Source: Phoronis australis
Lineage: Eukaryota > Animalia > Phoronida
Direction of reading: 5' to 3'
NCBI GenBank assembly: GCA_002633005.1
Contig: NMRA01000504.1
Coordinates: 87,571-151,570, forward strand
Length of the DNA stretch: 64,000 nucleotides
Shown in pieces: positions 39,301-54,300 of the stretch. Both the position numbers and the translations under genes were made by a program. Positions within the stretch are counted from its first letter, which is position 1, and each line of letters starts with the position of its first letter. The notes below the pieces were generated by a model that made no database searches, was not told where the DNA came from, and saw only the letters and a list, made by a program, of their open reading frames with translations.

Positions 39301-42300
39301 GAATTAAATCAAAGGCATATTCTGTGCAACGTCATGGCCTGAGAAATGCAAATATTGGATCAACTGCTCAACTGCTGATATCATTCCCAGTTGTGTGGCC
39401 ATTAGCAGAATTTGCTGCATAGTGTTAGAGCAACATACTTGCTCACATGCTCACTATTACCCAGTGGCTGATGAGTGAGTGAGTCATCTGATGTTCCACA
39501 TGGCTCATACTGTGTGCTAAGTTAGTTGCCTGAGAATTATTACGGCATGTGATTCCCAAATTATAACATTTGGCTGAGAGACAGGATAATGTTTAATAAC
39601 ATGGGGCCTGTTTCATGAGACTGGCCTGTAGTTTCTGTCTTAAGTCTTAAAAGATGCTTCCACTTTGCAGTTGGGGAATAAGGGTTACCCGAGTAATGTT
39701 GAGGGCACCGCACTATAGAAATAGGTCATTTAAATTGGCTCGGTAAGAAGGAATTATGTGTATATTCTGAGAGACTTTGCACTTTTGCTCAAACGAGATT
39801 TAATTTTTTTTGGAAGTAGTTGTGTGGAACGTAAGATCGAGAATCTCACTCAAAAGTCCCATGAACGCACTTTTTACAAAACACAACCTTGTGATAAATC
39901 AGCTGTGCCTATCCATCAGTGTGGTGATAGAGTACTCCTAACGTAATGTGACAAAATCTGACAAAGTGGGCTGGGATTCTCCTTCGTGATTGAGCAAAAA
40001 TGGCATTCCTCGTTATGATAGCCATGTGCACTGTTATGATAGCCATGTGCACGGTCAGCTTGGCTGGACTGATGAGTCATTGTGCATCATTACAAAAGTC
40101 AGGAAATGGAAGGTCTTTGTGGATTGTATGAGGCACCAAAGTTTCTCAATGTGTTCGCAAAACGTGTTAATATGACACGGCATCTGATATCATTTTGTAG
40201 ATTATTACAAGCATCCAGAAACCTATAAAAATGCAATGCACTAAATTTGGCTGTAACATCATGGATAAATTAAGAGAAAAAGCATGTTGTCTGTTTCTGC
40301 ATTATCCCCTTGCAGTATGTTAAAGGATTCTGTCTTTAGACTCTGTGCTACAGTTAGGGAGTTACTGGGTGGTCTTATGATTAAATCCAACTGTTTTTGT
40401 CGTTAAGTCTGTTGTAATCTAATATGCTTTGATTGTACTACAGTTTAGCTGACACATTTCTTTTTTTCAGCTCTGTGGATTAATTTAATCTAAACAAAAC
40501 AACAGGATTGAGTTAAAATACCCTGTAACGAGGTTGTTGTTGGTTCGTGTTGCCCATTAATTCATATTTCTGATTATCTAGGAGAGACATTTTCAGGAAA
40601 GTGATTGTAAACAAACCAGCAAAATGTCCACATGTTGTTGTATTTACATTCACTTGCATTGTGCAAACATAGTCACTGACTCGCCATTCAGCACTCACTA
40701 TGTTGGTTCCTGCTCTTGTTTTGTGTGTTTACTTAGTAAATCTCCACACAAGATGCAGGCCTTCTGTTACCATAGTTACATTATTTACTGTAAAATCTAA
40801 CCAAATTCACAAAAACATAAATAGTTGTCGTTATTACCTTTTTTGTTTTTCAAAGTCTTCTAATGCTGTTTTGAATATTTTCTGATGGTAGCTATGGTTA
40901 CAGAACATGAACAAGGTAAAGCACTAATTTGGTGCTACATATCTTTCGACAATGTGAGAAGATAAAATTTCACTTTTCCACCATGTTGTGTCCTAAATTG
41001 ATGAGATTTTACCATACTGTTCTATTGGTGCAAAGTGTTAAGAGGAAAATTACTTTACGCTGAAAAGTGTCCTGTTAAGATAACCAAGGAATTGAATTGT
41101 TCTGTAATAAGGTGACGTCAAAAATGGGTTGCAGTTTCCTCTTAACGAAATTACTTTATTTGGTGATGATATTCGTTCAAATGATGTGTTTGCTGTAAAC
41201 TGTTAACTGTTGGTTGATCAATTAGTTCAAGATCCATCATGGTCTGTCAGGCTCGTTTTGCTGTAAACACATTCATTACGAGCTAAGTCTTGAACAAGGC
41301 CGTGTTCACAAAGAACTAATTGGGTGTTTAGTAAGGGTTTGACACAAATTCCTCGTTTGATATGTTTTACGTTATGATGTTATGAGTACTTTGTAACGCT
41401 ATTCATGTATCAACCCACATTAGGCGAAAAGTATATGGGAATGTGGCTGGACGATAATCGCCATGGCAACGGTATCCTAGTAACCATGGATGGGATGTAT
41501 TTGGAAGGCAGTTTCGCCCAAAACAAACTGACAGTGAGTAGTGAATGTTTGAGTTTGAAAACTGGCATTTATTTTTCAATGTTTCATGTGTAAACTATTG
41601 ATCACCTAGTATTTGTTATTGCAATATATTAAATGAGTTTTCAAAGTACCTCATTCACTATTATAATTCCCATGTGAGTATTTCCATTAGAAGTCGCCTT
41701 GCACTGTATTTTTGTTTCAATGATGTTCAATTTAGTTGCCCATGAAATGCTAAACATTCTAAGCTATAAAATGAATTTCATGCTTGCCTTAAACAGATAA
41801 TTTTAGGAGCCATAGCGACAAATAAAAATGTTTAACTCAATTTTTTGGAAAACACCAAAGTATGAATGCTCTTTATATAGCCCAAATTTAGACTAACTTT
41901 TCTCTCGAAACTTGATACCAAATACAAGTTTCATGAAAGGATCTCAGAGGAATGGCTTTTCTTTTTATTTGAGGACAATTTTCTGTCACACAATCCAAAC
42001 CTCCAAAGAATTACAGGGTGTCTCAAAAGCATAGACCTGTGATGTAGTTGAGAAAATGACTTTTGTGTATACAAATAGGTACGTATTTTTGAATCACCTT
42101 GGGTATTCGGAGTGACTTAATGTGATTATCGAATGGTAACGTTTTGTCACAAAATTATAATAATTCTACAACATGGCTTGTATAGTACATGTGCCAAATA
42201 ATATAGAACAAGATATAGAAAGTTTGTGAACAGAGGAAGTAATACAGTAATCCCCAATTTGACAATAAACTTTAAAATTGGAAAACAGCAAATCAAGAAA

Positions 42301-45300
42301 TTGCTGTCCTACCCTGAACTTTCAGTTCTTTTCTTTTCAAAACAAAATTCCTCTCTTTGCTTACAGGGCCGTGGTTTGATGTGGACAGAAGACAACACTT
42401 GTTACGATGGAGAGTTCTACGCTGGCACACAGCTTTATGGACGGGTATGAAAGATTTTCTTACTAGATTCTTAGATTTCTTATCATTGGTTATTTTGAGC
42501 AGATATTTTTTGCGTTAGTGATTGTTTTGCTGACGAGTATTTACTAGCCATGTAACAATAATGTAAACAACCTGCAAAATGCTCGCTTCTTAGTTCATCA
42601 TTCACTACCATTGAGCAAAGACAATGTCCAACTCACTATTGAATAAGGAATGTTGAACGAATATCCAGGCCTTTTGCTGCACAATTTATGCAAGCTTCTT
42701 TTGTTGAATGGATATTAAATACTTGGTGTAGAAACAGTAATTTAAATGGGAAAGTGTCCGGCTCCGAGATAACCAGAAATGTGTTCAATAAATTAACGGA
42801 AGGGAAATGTTTCCATGGCCGCACCTCTAAATTCCATCTCCGATTATTTGTACTCCAGTCTTGGACCAACAGACACCAAACCAATGGAGCAAATCTCTTG
42901 ATCCATGCTTCTAATCTTCACACATGTGCTGAAGATGTTAGATCCAGGCTGTCACAATGGCTGCACTCCACAAGTTTTGGTGAAGAATCTCAATCTGGTG
43001 CTTGAGACGGTGGTTTGCTCCCTGAGGCTGGAGTGTTTGCAGCACCTGTGTGGGGCTTACCAGGGGATTTTTTTACCGCAAATTTGGTGTCAGCCGGTCT
43101 GGGACTGGAGTTTATAGGATTGTAGCAGGAAATGAGAAGTGTGGCCATGGAACAGTTCCCATCCATTGTAAAGAGAATCTCCAAATCAGTCACTCTCCCA
43201 TTTAAAAGCGTAACGCAATGTTCTGGATGAATTAAACAATTGCTTGCAATGTACTTTTAGTTCAATTGTAGCTTCAGGGTGATAGCTTTTTTACAGGATT
43301 AGTATTTTGTGTTATAAATACCGGCTTACTTTCCTTGTTATATTTTAGTTTAGAAGATGTGCAACTGCACATTCTCGACACGAGATATTCATGACACCCA
43401 TGCAGGCCATGTTGTGGCACTTGTTATCCAGCTAATTAAGCATACTAATACCATCTTGTGGTTTGGTGATGACACAGCAGTATGTCTTATGCCCATCAAA
43501 CATGACATAACGTGGCATATACTCATGTCTTCTCAAAGTACAGTAGAATGCTTTTTTATACCCAATTGGTTGCTATTGCTGTTGCTAAGGATTTGTTATC
43601 TCACACTTTCTCCAAATGAGGTGGTAAGTACCTGCAGATGTGACTACTATTAACCTGTTGTAAAGCTGTGTATGGCTTAAACTATGATTACACAAGTTCA
43701 GCATGTGATGGAGTACATGTATGTAACTATGTCTGTGTGGATAGGACTTGTTTCATGTTGCATGTTTGTTAAAAGGAAAAATCAAAACAGTTTATAGCAA
43801 GCATCTGACATACTAATCACTTAACATAGCCCAAAATACTATATTTGTGTGTAATACTTATTACACAATTTCCACTTGATTCAGTCTCAAACTTTGCTGG
43901 ACAACAAAGGCCCACCTAGTTGATGAAATGTAGTTCAGATTTCGTTAAAAACAATTTGACATTGATTGTTAGATAACATTTTTCTGCATTGCTCTTATTG
44001 TCTAAAAATACTCCAAGCGAAATGCAGCGTAGTGTTGTGTGTCTCACCCCTGCACAATTTTATGGCACGGTCTTTTTGCTCAAGTCATTTGAGTGTCTTA
44101 ATATACAATAGTCTTGGCGATTTGACATCATGGTGACCGTAAGGTGTTCTGCAAACGGCAATGAAATTCCACTGCTTTATTGTGCATCAACGTACATGAG
44201 TTTTAGGTAGCGCCAAACGTTTATCCATCAAATATTCTATATTATGTACTTCATATATTTATTCAATATGCAATATTTAGTTTACAAAAGTAATTATATT
44301 CATCCAGTGATTTGAAATTATAGTGGCTAGCTAGTCTCCATACCAAGTAGCAGTTCTACTGTAAATTCAGAGTACGTAGAGTTCATTGCACAATGTATTC
44401 TCTCTCTCAGGCTGGTGTTCACTTGTTTCTCTGTCAGCTGCTGTGTCATGTTCCCTCTTCATCTCTCTGAATGTCACTTGTGACAGGGTGCGACGACTGT
44501 GGGACTGTGATCGTGTGTTTCTAGAATAAACAATATCCGGGATTAACAATAAGCTGCATTTTGCTTTGTTTAGCTGGCTAAGGACGACGAAGGAATTACT
44601 AGATCTTCTCTCATGAAATCGGTTTTGTAATCTTGCTTACCGTGATCAGACTCTATTTCTGTGACCAACAAGACCTTCAAACCACCAGCAACTCAAATGT
44701 TTCTGAGTTTATTGGGGTTAGCAAACCTTATTTTATTTGTTTATTAATTCTGAAATTTTTTGTGTTATTTGTAGTGGTTATCCTGTTCGGTAAAACTGAC
44801 TATTCTCTAAAAGGGCCCATGGTACAAAATGAATACATGATAACAAGTGAGACATGAAACAGGTGTGGAAAATTGATAAAAGTATATGTTTCCTGTGAAA
44901 GAAAAATTCCTTAAATCATAAACAATAATAGAAATAAATAATGGAAGATATTGAAGAGAAGAAGTGATTTAGACATTCCATGTACAAATTATGTATAATA
45001 ATAAACTAGTATCGAGTAAAAAGACGAACAATAATAAATAATATATAAGCTAAAAATGTAGTAAATAGCACTGTACCTCCAGTATGTAGCAAACATTAAA
45101 AATTATTGAGTGAAAGATGAAGGTACAATGCAGTTGTAAATCATAAAAATCTAAGTAAAAAACAAACATCTATAAAAGTGTGAAGAAGAATAGTATCACA
45201 TAGTCATTTGAGTGTTAATAAACTACAGATTTGTACTAAATGATAAGGAGATTAGGAACTCAGGATCTTTGTAAGAAAGCAACTTTTTGACTCCTTTGGG

Positions 45301-48300
45301 CAACATGCTGGACACACGTTTATCAAAACTGAAGAGCTTATCAATAATGAAACCTAATTGTTATATTTAAACTTCTTTACATTTTCTAGTAATGTTCGTT
45401 ATACTCGAATGTGTGGGGAAATGTGATGTTTACTCCGACTTTTCCTAATATATAGCACATTGTACACATTGCCTGTGACTTGATTTGCCGGCTCATTCGG
45501 CAACAAGTCAAAATTGGATGAACATGGTAATGTTTTTAAGCCTCAAAGAGCTTAGTTTAGGATTCAACATTGACAGCATAGCTATGGCAAAATGCACCTT
45601 TAAGACTATGTCGTATGCTTCTGTTTCAAAGTTCAGGGGTGTTTGATAAGCGGAGATGAGCGTTCAAATAATTGCTGCACAGGATGTTTTACATGGTGAA
45701 TTGTGAATTGAATCTTCATGTTTATGTGAAACTGATATTAGATACGCACAGTGACCCCAATACAACTGTTGTACCCAGCTTTATGTCCATTATAACTATC
45801 CCGTATGAGTATTGTGTCAGCACAGGTTTTTAGTTTGATTGTATATAAACTACAGTCTTGAGTACTGTGCAATATTGTTACCTAACTCATATTCTCACCT
45901 GTGTTGAATTTCCATCAGAAGGAAATACTTACCTAAGTCATATTTTTACCCCAGTCAGATTTCCCATTTTGGGCACAGCTATTCAAATCCAACTGGGGGT
46001 AATAAAACAATTTTCTTATTAGGGTCATAAAAGTGTGTTTACTTAAGCAAGAGTCAACTAAACTGGCAGTGGTCTTGGTAATCCCAGCAATAAACAACAG
46101 TCAAATTCATAAGGTCTGTTGCTAGTGAAGCCAATGAATTTACAATGATCACACTCAAATTTGAAAGACAATTTGTAGAGCCCTTACACCCTCCCTCTGA
46201 AGACCCAAACAAGCCAGGAGGCATTCTCTCATATGTGTGTTATTTTCACATTCTCACTTGTGATATTCTTACCTGAGTCACATATTCATCTGAGTCATAT
46301 TCTAATGTACCTGTGTGGTAATCTCCCCTGAGTCTTGCTCTCTCTTCAGTCATATTTTTACCTGCGTGTGGTGTTCTCACCTGAGTCATAAACTCACCCA
46401 AGTCATAAAATCACCCGAGGCATATACTCACCTGAACCATATTCTCACCTTAGTCATATTTTTAACTGAGTCATATTCTCAGTTGTTTGGAACTGTCACC
46501 TGTGTAGAATTCTCACCTGTGTAGTATTCTCACCTGTGTAGTGTTCTCACCTGTGTAGTGTTCTCACCTGTGTAGTATTCTCACTTGTATGGTAGTTTCA
46601 CCTAGTATGTAGTATTCTCACCTGTATGGAATTCTCACCTGACTTATATATTCACCTGAGTCTTATACTGGCCTAGATCATATTAAGCAATTGAGTCTCA
46701 TCAGTTCTCACCTGTGTAGTATTCTCACCTGTGTATTATTCTTACCTGTGTGGTATTCTTACCCTACTCATATAGTCACCAAAGTCATATACTCTCTTAG
46801 ATTATACAATCACCCAAGTCAATCATATTGTCACCTGAGTCATATTCTCACTCGAGTCATGTCCTCACCTCTGTTGTATTGTCACATCTGTGATTGTCTT
46901 ACCTGTGTATACAGAACATGGTAATAATGGCCAGAACACAACCACCAATTATGCAGGCTAGGGTACCCCCAATCAGCTGTTCTGTGCAACTTTCGCCTAA
47001 AATGAAACCATTACTGTTCAGTTGTTTTGTGTAAAATAATACATTAAATGAGTCTAGACAGGTTTTCATGCCTGATTAATTAATTTACTAAATAAATCAA
47101 GAATGAAACGCATTTCCTTAGATCTTTGAGCTTGTGACAAATGAATGCCTGAGGTGTCGTGCACAAATTCAATCACGCATCATAGCTATGATTCCCTATT
47201 ATTTCGTGTTTGATAAAAGATATTAACTTTTTGCTTATAAATTACTGACAAAATACATTGTAGGTTAATTAATTGACCAATATTTTTTCTTGGCTTTTGG
47301 TTCTGTAGATGAAAGCAATGAACCCGTATTCTGTTGAAGAATATTAGATTTAGATTTAGACCACCTACCGCTCTAAAAATGGTTTCAGCTGATTCCTTAC
47401 TGGGATGGGAAGTGAAGTTTGATCTTGCAAAGGACTCTCAGTTCGAGTTTGTTTTTCCCCGAGACTATGCTCTGCGAATAAGATGATGCGCCGTGACAAG
47501 TGGGCAATTTGTAGAACCTGGTCTAGACCAATGACCAACTGACAGTTTTTTTCCAAGTCCAGAAATCACTCCTATTTTGACTAAGGAACAATCTTGAGAT
47601 CAATTTTGAGGCAGTAAATGGTCTAATTAAAAAAATAGGTTTCGTGACGGAAGGCGGGTTTATAAACTGAATATCTTTAATACGGTAGTACATTTGAAGT
47701 GAACTGACTAGTATGTGGATTTGGAAGAAAATTGGAACACTGTAAATTGTGGTTACATACTACCAGGTTGTAGGCATACAACTGATAAACAGTTAATGGC
47801 AAGTGAACTCCCATACTGCGTAGGAATTTTGTAAGGTCTCAAAATAATCTTGAAACTATCTAAACAAGGAACATTTTACTGGATTAAAGAGTTGGTGTTA
47901 GAAAAAGGCTGTTTAGCTGACTATGTCCAGATAAACTTTCCCAAACTAATGAACAGGATAATTCCTCCCTTGTTTCATATAAAATTATGGTTTTGGATTT
48001 TTTAAAGATGATTACCTTGTTGCAATTATTGTTAATTAAGTTAATTACCAAATGCTGTTTGATGACCTCTGCACTCTAACAACCAAGCTTACAACAAATG
48101 AACTTTTCGTTATTTTTGTTGAGACAAAATAAAATTCCACTTGTCTGCAGTATTATGTGCCAAATAGGTCAAGAATTACTTCAACTTACATGTTGTCTCT
48201 TGGTCCACAGTGGATGTTTCATTGGGCAATAGCATTGTCAGAAATTACCATGGTGATTCACCTGAAAACAAAACGTTCTCCAGACCATAGTATCCTCAAA

Positions 48301-51300
48301 GTGTAAACTCCAATGAGAAGGAAGTGTACACACACTCTCCAATGAGAAGGAAGTGTACACACACTCTCCAATGAGAAGGAAGTGTACACACACTCTCCAA
48401 TGAGAATGAAGCGTACACACACTCTCCAATGAGAAGGAAGTGTACACACACTCTCCAATGAGAAGGAAGTGTACACGCACTCTCCAATGAGAAGGAAGTG
48501 TACACACACTCTCCAATGAGAAGGAAGTGTACACATACTCTCCAATGAGAAGGAAGTGTACACACACTCTCCAATGAGAAGGAAGTGTACACACACTCTC
48601 CAATGAGAAGGAAGTGTACACACACTCTCCAATGAGAAGGAAGTGTACACACACTCTCCAATGAGAAGGAAGTGTACACACACTCTCCAATGCCTTCAAT
48701 GAAATATAAATGTCTGAGCAGTTGTTGATCATTTAACGTGTTGATAAACACAACAACAGTAACATTACATTCACTTTACCTGCAAGTCTGAAGTCCCGTG
48801 TCATTTCTATCATGAATGCTATTTTAAATACCAATTAAGACCTGCTTGATAGATTACTCAAGGATTATGCTCTTAATCCTAGTATATGGCATAACATTGG
48901 CTGCCTATGGCATTTTCCTGTTGTCTTTGTTTTTGTTTTGTTTCTTACAGGCTGCAGATGTTTTAAAGCTATTCTCTGCAGATGTTTTTTCACGTTACCC
49001 CTTGGTGGAGGTCACTTGGCATCCCTTGGCAATAGTTGTGGTCTTAAACTAGGAACCAATAAGTTCCTAGTCTTCAAGCAATTCATAGTGCGATTCCACA
49101 CTAATATGACCGTAGAAAAATGAAAATAAATATTTGAATTTTTTTTCAAAAACTCTTTGCATTAGAAAGGTACTGAATTTTTATGATTTAATGAAAAAAA
49201 TTACATTATTTGGAGTTTCCGACATAATAAAACAGCAAAATGGCCATAGTGGAGGTGACATAAAAGACTGCTATTGTTTTATAACCAACTGTTGGAACCT
49301 ACAAATTCTGTCAGTTCTTTTAGCTATGCTTGATTGTCTTGGATTTTCTGTTACTGCCTTTTAACCAGAAAACTTGACTATCAAAACTGAGATGTTCCAA
49401 CTCTTCTCAGAATGTTGAGGTCTTCATTTTTGACACTTTGTCTGTAGGTCAGTTTTTACTGTAGTTTCCATCTGCTAATCCAACAGCTGCATATTAACAC
49501 TTACCTTGTGCCCATGGTAACCAGACAGTTCTGTGAAGGCGCAAGTTGATCTCAACAGCTGATTCTAGTTTTCGCAGCCTAGATAATGCTGCTGTTAACA
49601 TGAACCATTTACATTTTATTTTGATTGTCTGGGCCGGTTGGCATTACTATTAAATATGAAAGAGATTCTAAACTGGGCCTTTTGTCGAGAAAAAGTAATC
49701 GATGTTATTGACGGATGGGTAACTTGTCCCTTGGGGTGCTGTTTTGACGTAGTTTTATGGAGTTGGTGATTTCTGTTTTATTAATGGTCTGTTGGGAGAG
49801 GTGGTTAATTGTTGTCAGCAATCATTTCTCTAGAGCGATGCTATAGTATAGCCCTGAAGTATCACGTTTTAGATAATTATGCTTTTTATCATCACCATTG
49901 GTGTGTGGCACACAGGTCTCAGTAGAAAACCCTTTGATATACATTGGATAATTTGTAACATGTATTTTGTCGTTGACCAACCCAAGGCTTGGTATAATTT
50001 AGTCCATGGTCATGATTGGCACTGTCGGATGGACTTCAGCTTCCACTCATGTTTTGATGTTGTTTGTCAGCAGTTTATTGGTCTTTTGATTTTCAGCAAA
50101 TTTTTTTTTCTGCCCACTGTGTAATAACTTTGATTTGTGGTAAGGACTGTGTCCGTGCAGGGAAATTGGGAAATTAGCTGACTAGGGCCATGCCCCCATG
50201 TGTGAAGCTGTGCTTATATCTGGAATGCATTGGTATTGTAAAACACAGTGAGCTAAACCAGGGGAACAATTTTTAAAATTTGCGAATGAAACTTGACTTT
50301 CTGTTACGAATTCTAGATGTTGAATCATATTTTTAAATACGTTTCAACGTCTAGAATAATGTTAATAAATTTAAATTTTATTAACATTTAACTAATAAAT
50401 GAAAAACAGCAAGAATGCGCAATAAACACACAAAAAATAAATTTTGTCAGACACGCACATACAGACTATAACTATTACCATTGGTATTATAACTATTACC
50501 ATTGTTTGCAGGGCTCGCTCATTCTGCCCTCTGGTCACACTATTGATGGACACTTTTCTGGTTCATGGAATGACGGTATCAAAGTCAATGGGACATTCCG
50601 ATGTCCTACGGAAGCCAAAAGTCCTCACAGCTCATCTTCCGTAACTCGACCAGCGTGAGCAATTTCTTACTAGTGCTTTGTCGAATTAATTCATGTAATA
50701 TTAACTTTTTACGACCTTGTGTACTGTGCGTTCAGTGTTTTTAAATCATTCAGTCACTGTGTGGTGGAATAGTGTTTCTCGTTTGTTCCGTCATAGACTA
50801 TAGTACATGGACCGCCAACTCTGTATATTCTCAATGTGATCTTGCGCACAAGTCATGACCAACACTATTGGCCGTGACATCACTATTCATTAGCGGTACC
50901 TGGTGTAAGGACACAAAGTCATGTTTCGTCCGCCAAGTATGTCGTCTGCTCACTAATAGGAGCTTGAGATAAGCATTGCAGAAGAGAGTGCTCTTTTCAG
51001 ACTTTCATCGGAGTTGCATATTTTTTGTCTATGCTCTATGGTTACGGTCAAGATAAATCTGCGTTTTATCATGTCTAGTATTGACTTAATATTTTCTCGC
51101 CTGTATGTTGGTATTATTTACTGATTAACCTTGAATTTTTACTTTCTTCATCTGTAAAATTCTCCTTCTATTGAAACTAATTACCGTAACATGAGAAATG
51201 AAGTTCTCCACGATAACAAGTAGCAAAAATGAAGTTGCATCTCAATTTTGACAGTAAATATGGAAAGTGGTCAGTACCCGCTGACCGGAAATGGGCAGAG

Positions 51301-54300
51301 CTGTTCACAAACTGTCGCTCATCACTTGGTTGCCATGGTAACACTGTGATTGACAGCTCCAAAGCATGGGAAGCGGTAGCTGTGAAGGTGTCTAGTGGAA
51401 GAAAATCTCTGAGAGACAACAAAGAAAGGTGAGTTATGAAGTGACCGGTTTGTGTTGTTGCATTAGTTTTTGTGTAAACTGAAATAATGTCAGGTTAATG
51501 AAAAGAAAAATGTATCAAAAATTCGCACTCATGTACGGAACTGCCAGTGTGCCAATGGAAAGTCACATTATGATGCTGCTTTTGACATAATGTAGTTATC
51601 CTCTGTCCTTCCAATGTATGTGAACTTTTTGGAAGTGAACCTTCCTGACAAAGTTAATTATATTTTAACAGGTGTTGAACCTTTGTGTTCAAAAACCTCT
51701 TCATTTAATATAATCTTCTTCACCAGAATGTATTAATTATTAGGAGACGTTTAAAAAGTGAATATAATGTGGATATTTCTTTCTCAGAGCTTTTTGTATT
51801 TTCCTTGACTGGTTAAATTAATTTCATTAGCAGGAATATAGTTAAATCGTACCGGTGAGATGTATTCAGATGTTTTCTTTTACTTCAGGAAAATTTTGTT
51901 TTTTGGACTTTTCACCAGTGCCGATTGTCAGAAGTTTTGAGATTATTATGATTTGTCTCATTGATTATAGCCACGCCCGGGGCACGCTGTCGGTTCTTGA
52001 ACACCTAGAGAAGATCCCTCCTCACAAAACAGGAAGCTTGTCAGCTGAGTACTACACACAGATTAAAGATTACCTTATTATGGTACACGCTGACATTACA
52101 ACATGGATATGACTTGAGTATTGCATTTAGTAGATACCTGTATTTAGAGTGGCATGGTTGGTTAAAAAGCACAATACACAATTAGATAAGTAGTAGATAC
52201 CTGTATTTAGAGTGGCATGGTTGGATAAAAAGCACAATACACAATTAGATAAGTAGTAGATACCTGTATTTAGAGTGGCATGGTTGGATAAAAAGATAAG
52301 GTGACCTTTGTCTGTTGTTCTTTGGTACTGGGATCAAGGCTTTTTTGTCGTATTGTCAAACAAGATATTTTTAATTTTCTTGTTTGTTTTGATGGTTTTA
52401 AAGCATAAAGTCATCATTTACTGTGTAAGTCATGTCTAGTGTTTTTTATCTTAATCCTGCTAGGGCATTAAAACTTGTTTGAAAAGTAGTTTTCTCGCGT
52501 TGGTCACTAGAGTGCACAGCCAATGACCTGCCCGTTGTTTTGGTAACTTTCTGTTCTAGCGAGAGAGACATCTCTTGCTAGAATGGATCATCTCTGTGAC
52601 CATACACTAGATGAGCTGAGTTATCACAGACTTTTCTAACCTATGTACTTTAATAGGTAACAAAAATAATTTTTTTGATTTTTCTCATTTTCCCAACAAT
52701 TATTGACAAAAATAGGAATTGTTAAAAATTTGAGGGACTTGTGTGAACTCTGCTTTGACTCAGATGTGACAGATGTCACAACAGATTTCGAGTACTTACC
52801 CATTTTAAGGGTTTTATTCAGTGTTTGGTGCCTCATATGGACAGTTTGGACTTATTGCAAAGTTTTCTCTTGTGGACGTTAATGTAAAGCTACGTCAGTC
52901 CTCTAATGGTGTAACAGTAAGGTGCCTTTCGGTCAGGGAGCTTGTGGCCCTGGAGTTAGCGAGTTGTAAAGTGCCTCACAGTGTCTTCAATTCCCTAATT
53001 CACTAGTGTTGTGTTTTAAACACAAGATGAAATAAACGCACTACTATCATGATTTAAGTTCAGTTTCTCTTTTAGCTGTTAAATCTGACAGATTGTTATT
53101 ACTTGTGACTATGCTCTGCTCACCAAATGTCTTGCCATTATCAGTTTTCCTAATCCCTAATTATTGCCAAATTATTTTGAAAAAACTGGCAAAGTTATGT
53201 AATGATGAACTTCAACCTTGGTAAGGATCAAGCTGCGACCATTTTTAGCAGCAAGCAATCTAATTTTGGCATTTGGTGTCTTTGAAATCCGCACATCATC
53301 TGCCTTGTTTGCTTGTAGGCTTTTGATACCCCATTCCACCCTCTGGGGAAGCTAATGGACAGTCTTGTGAACGTCTATAGGGCCACGTATATTGGTGTTG
53401 GGGCACACCCTAAACTGCTCCACCATGCTGTGGGTGAGGTCGAGTCGTTTGTGAAACGACTTTATGACGTAGTCAGGTTAGTATACATGTTGATGAGATG
53501 GTACACAGCTGGGCAAAGGGGTCCATGTTATGCTGGGTTCCCTTAATCGCATTTTTTTGTTATTTTGATGTTTTTTGCTGTTAAAAGTCAGAGTAAATTT
53601 TGATGTCAGTATTTCATCACTGACAATAAGAATATTTGAGACTTGAGAGATTTTTTTTAATAAAACTATCATTTTTAACTATTTAATGAACAAGAATAAA
53701 ATGATAAACTTTTTGTTTATGGTCACTTTGAATCCTTCGAATTTCATACAATGTGTTTTATCTGCAGAATATTGTTTCCGGACTTGCCACAGGGTGGCGA
53801 CCCTGTGCATATTGATAGCAGCCAAGAGGAAAGAGAGGATGATGGGTATGAATGTGATGTAGATACGAGACTTGGGGAAAAAGATACCGAGTCCATTTCA
53901 TTTAATAAATAAATCAACATTAAATTGATTATTTTTGTATTAATGTATGTATCAAGGATATTTAATAGGGATGGGCTGATGATTAATTGAAAAACAATGT
54001 TTTTTTGAAAAAAGTCAAACACTCGAGTTTTGCCATATCTGATTAATGAAATAGGAAAAAGAGGGCATAATCAAAGATTGCTTTTGCGCCATTCTAACAT
54101 TTTACAAGTTGCTTAATGTCTAATTGAATCAATGTTTTTACGTTAGATTATCTAGTCGTCTCCAATCTTTGTGCTATTTCAGTAATAGGACGGCAATCTG
54201 AGTACTTGACAGTTATGAATAAAAACACAATTTTCAGTGATTCGTCACTGTTTAAACTAAAAGGGCAAATCATCTGCTGTTGGTAAACTACTTCTATTCA

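Noticed and set aside
39060-39345. GC-elevated intronic segment with a minus-strand acceptor, possible second nested gene
   Set aside because: All three frames contain stops and no domain is recognisable
42636-43193. Cluster of overlapping 67-105 aa ORFs in intron 21
   Set aside because: No recognisable motif or consistent splice structure; possibly decayed TE sequence, needs a translated search
48308-48692. CRISPR-like appearance of the 29 bp repeats (also the 33 bp and 19 bp arrays)
   Set aside because: Units are directly adjacent with no unique spacers, there are no cas genes, and the context is a eukaryotic intron
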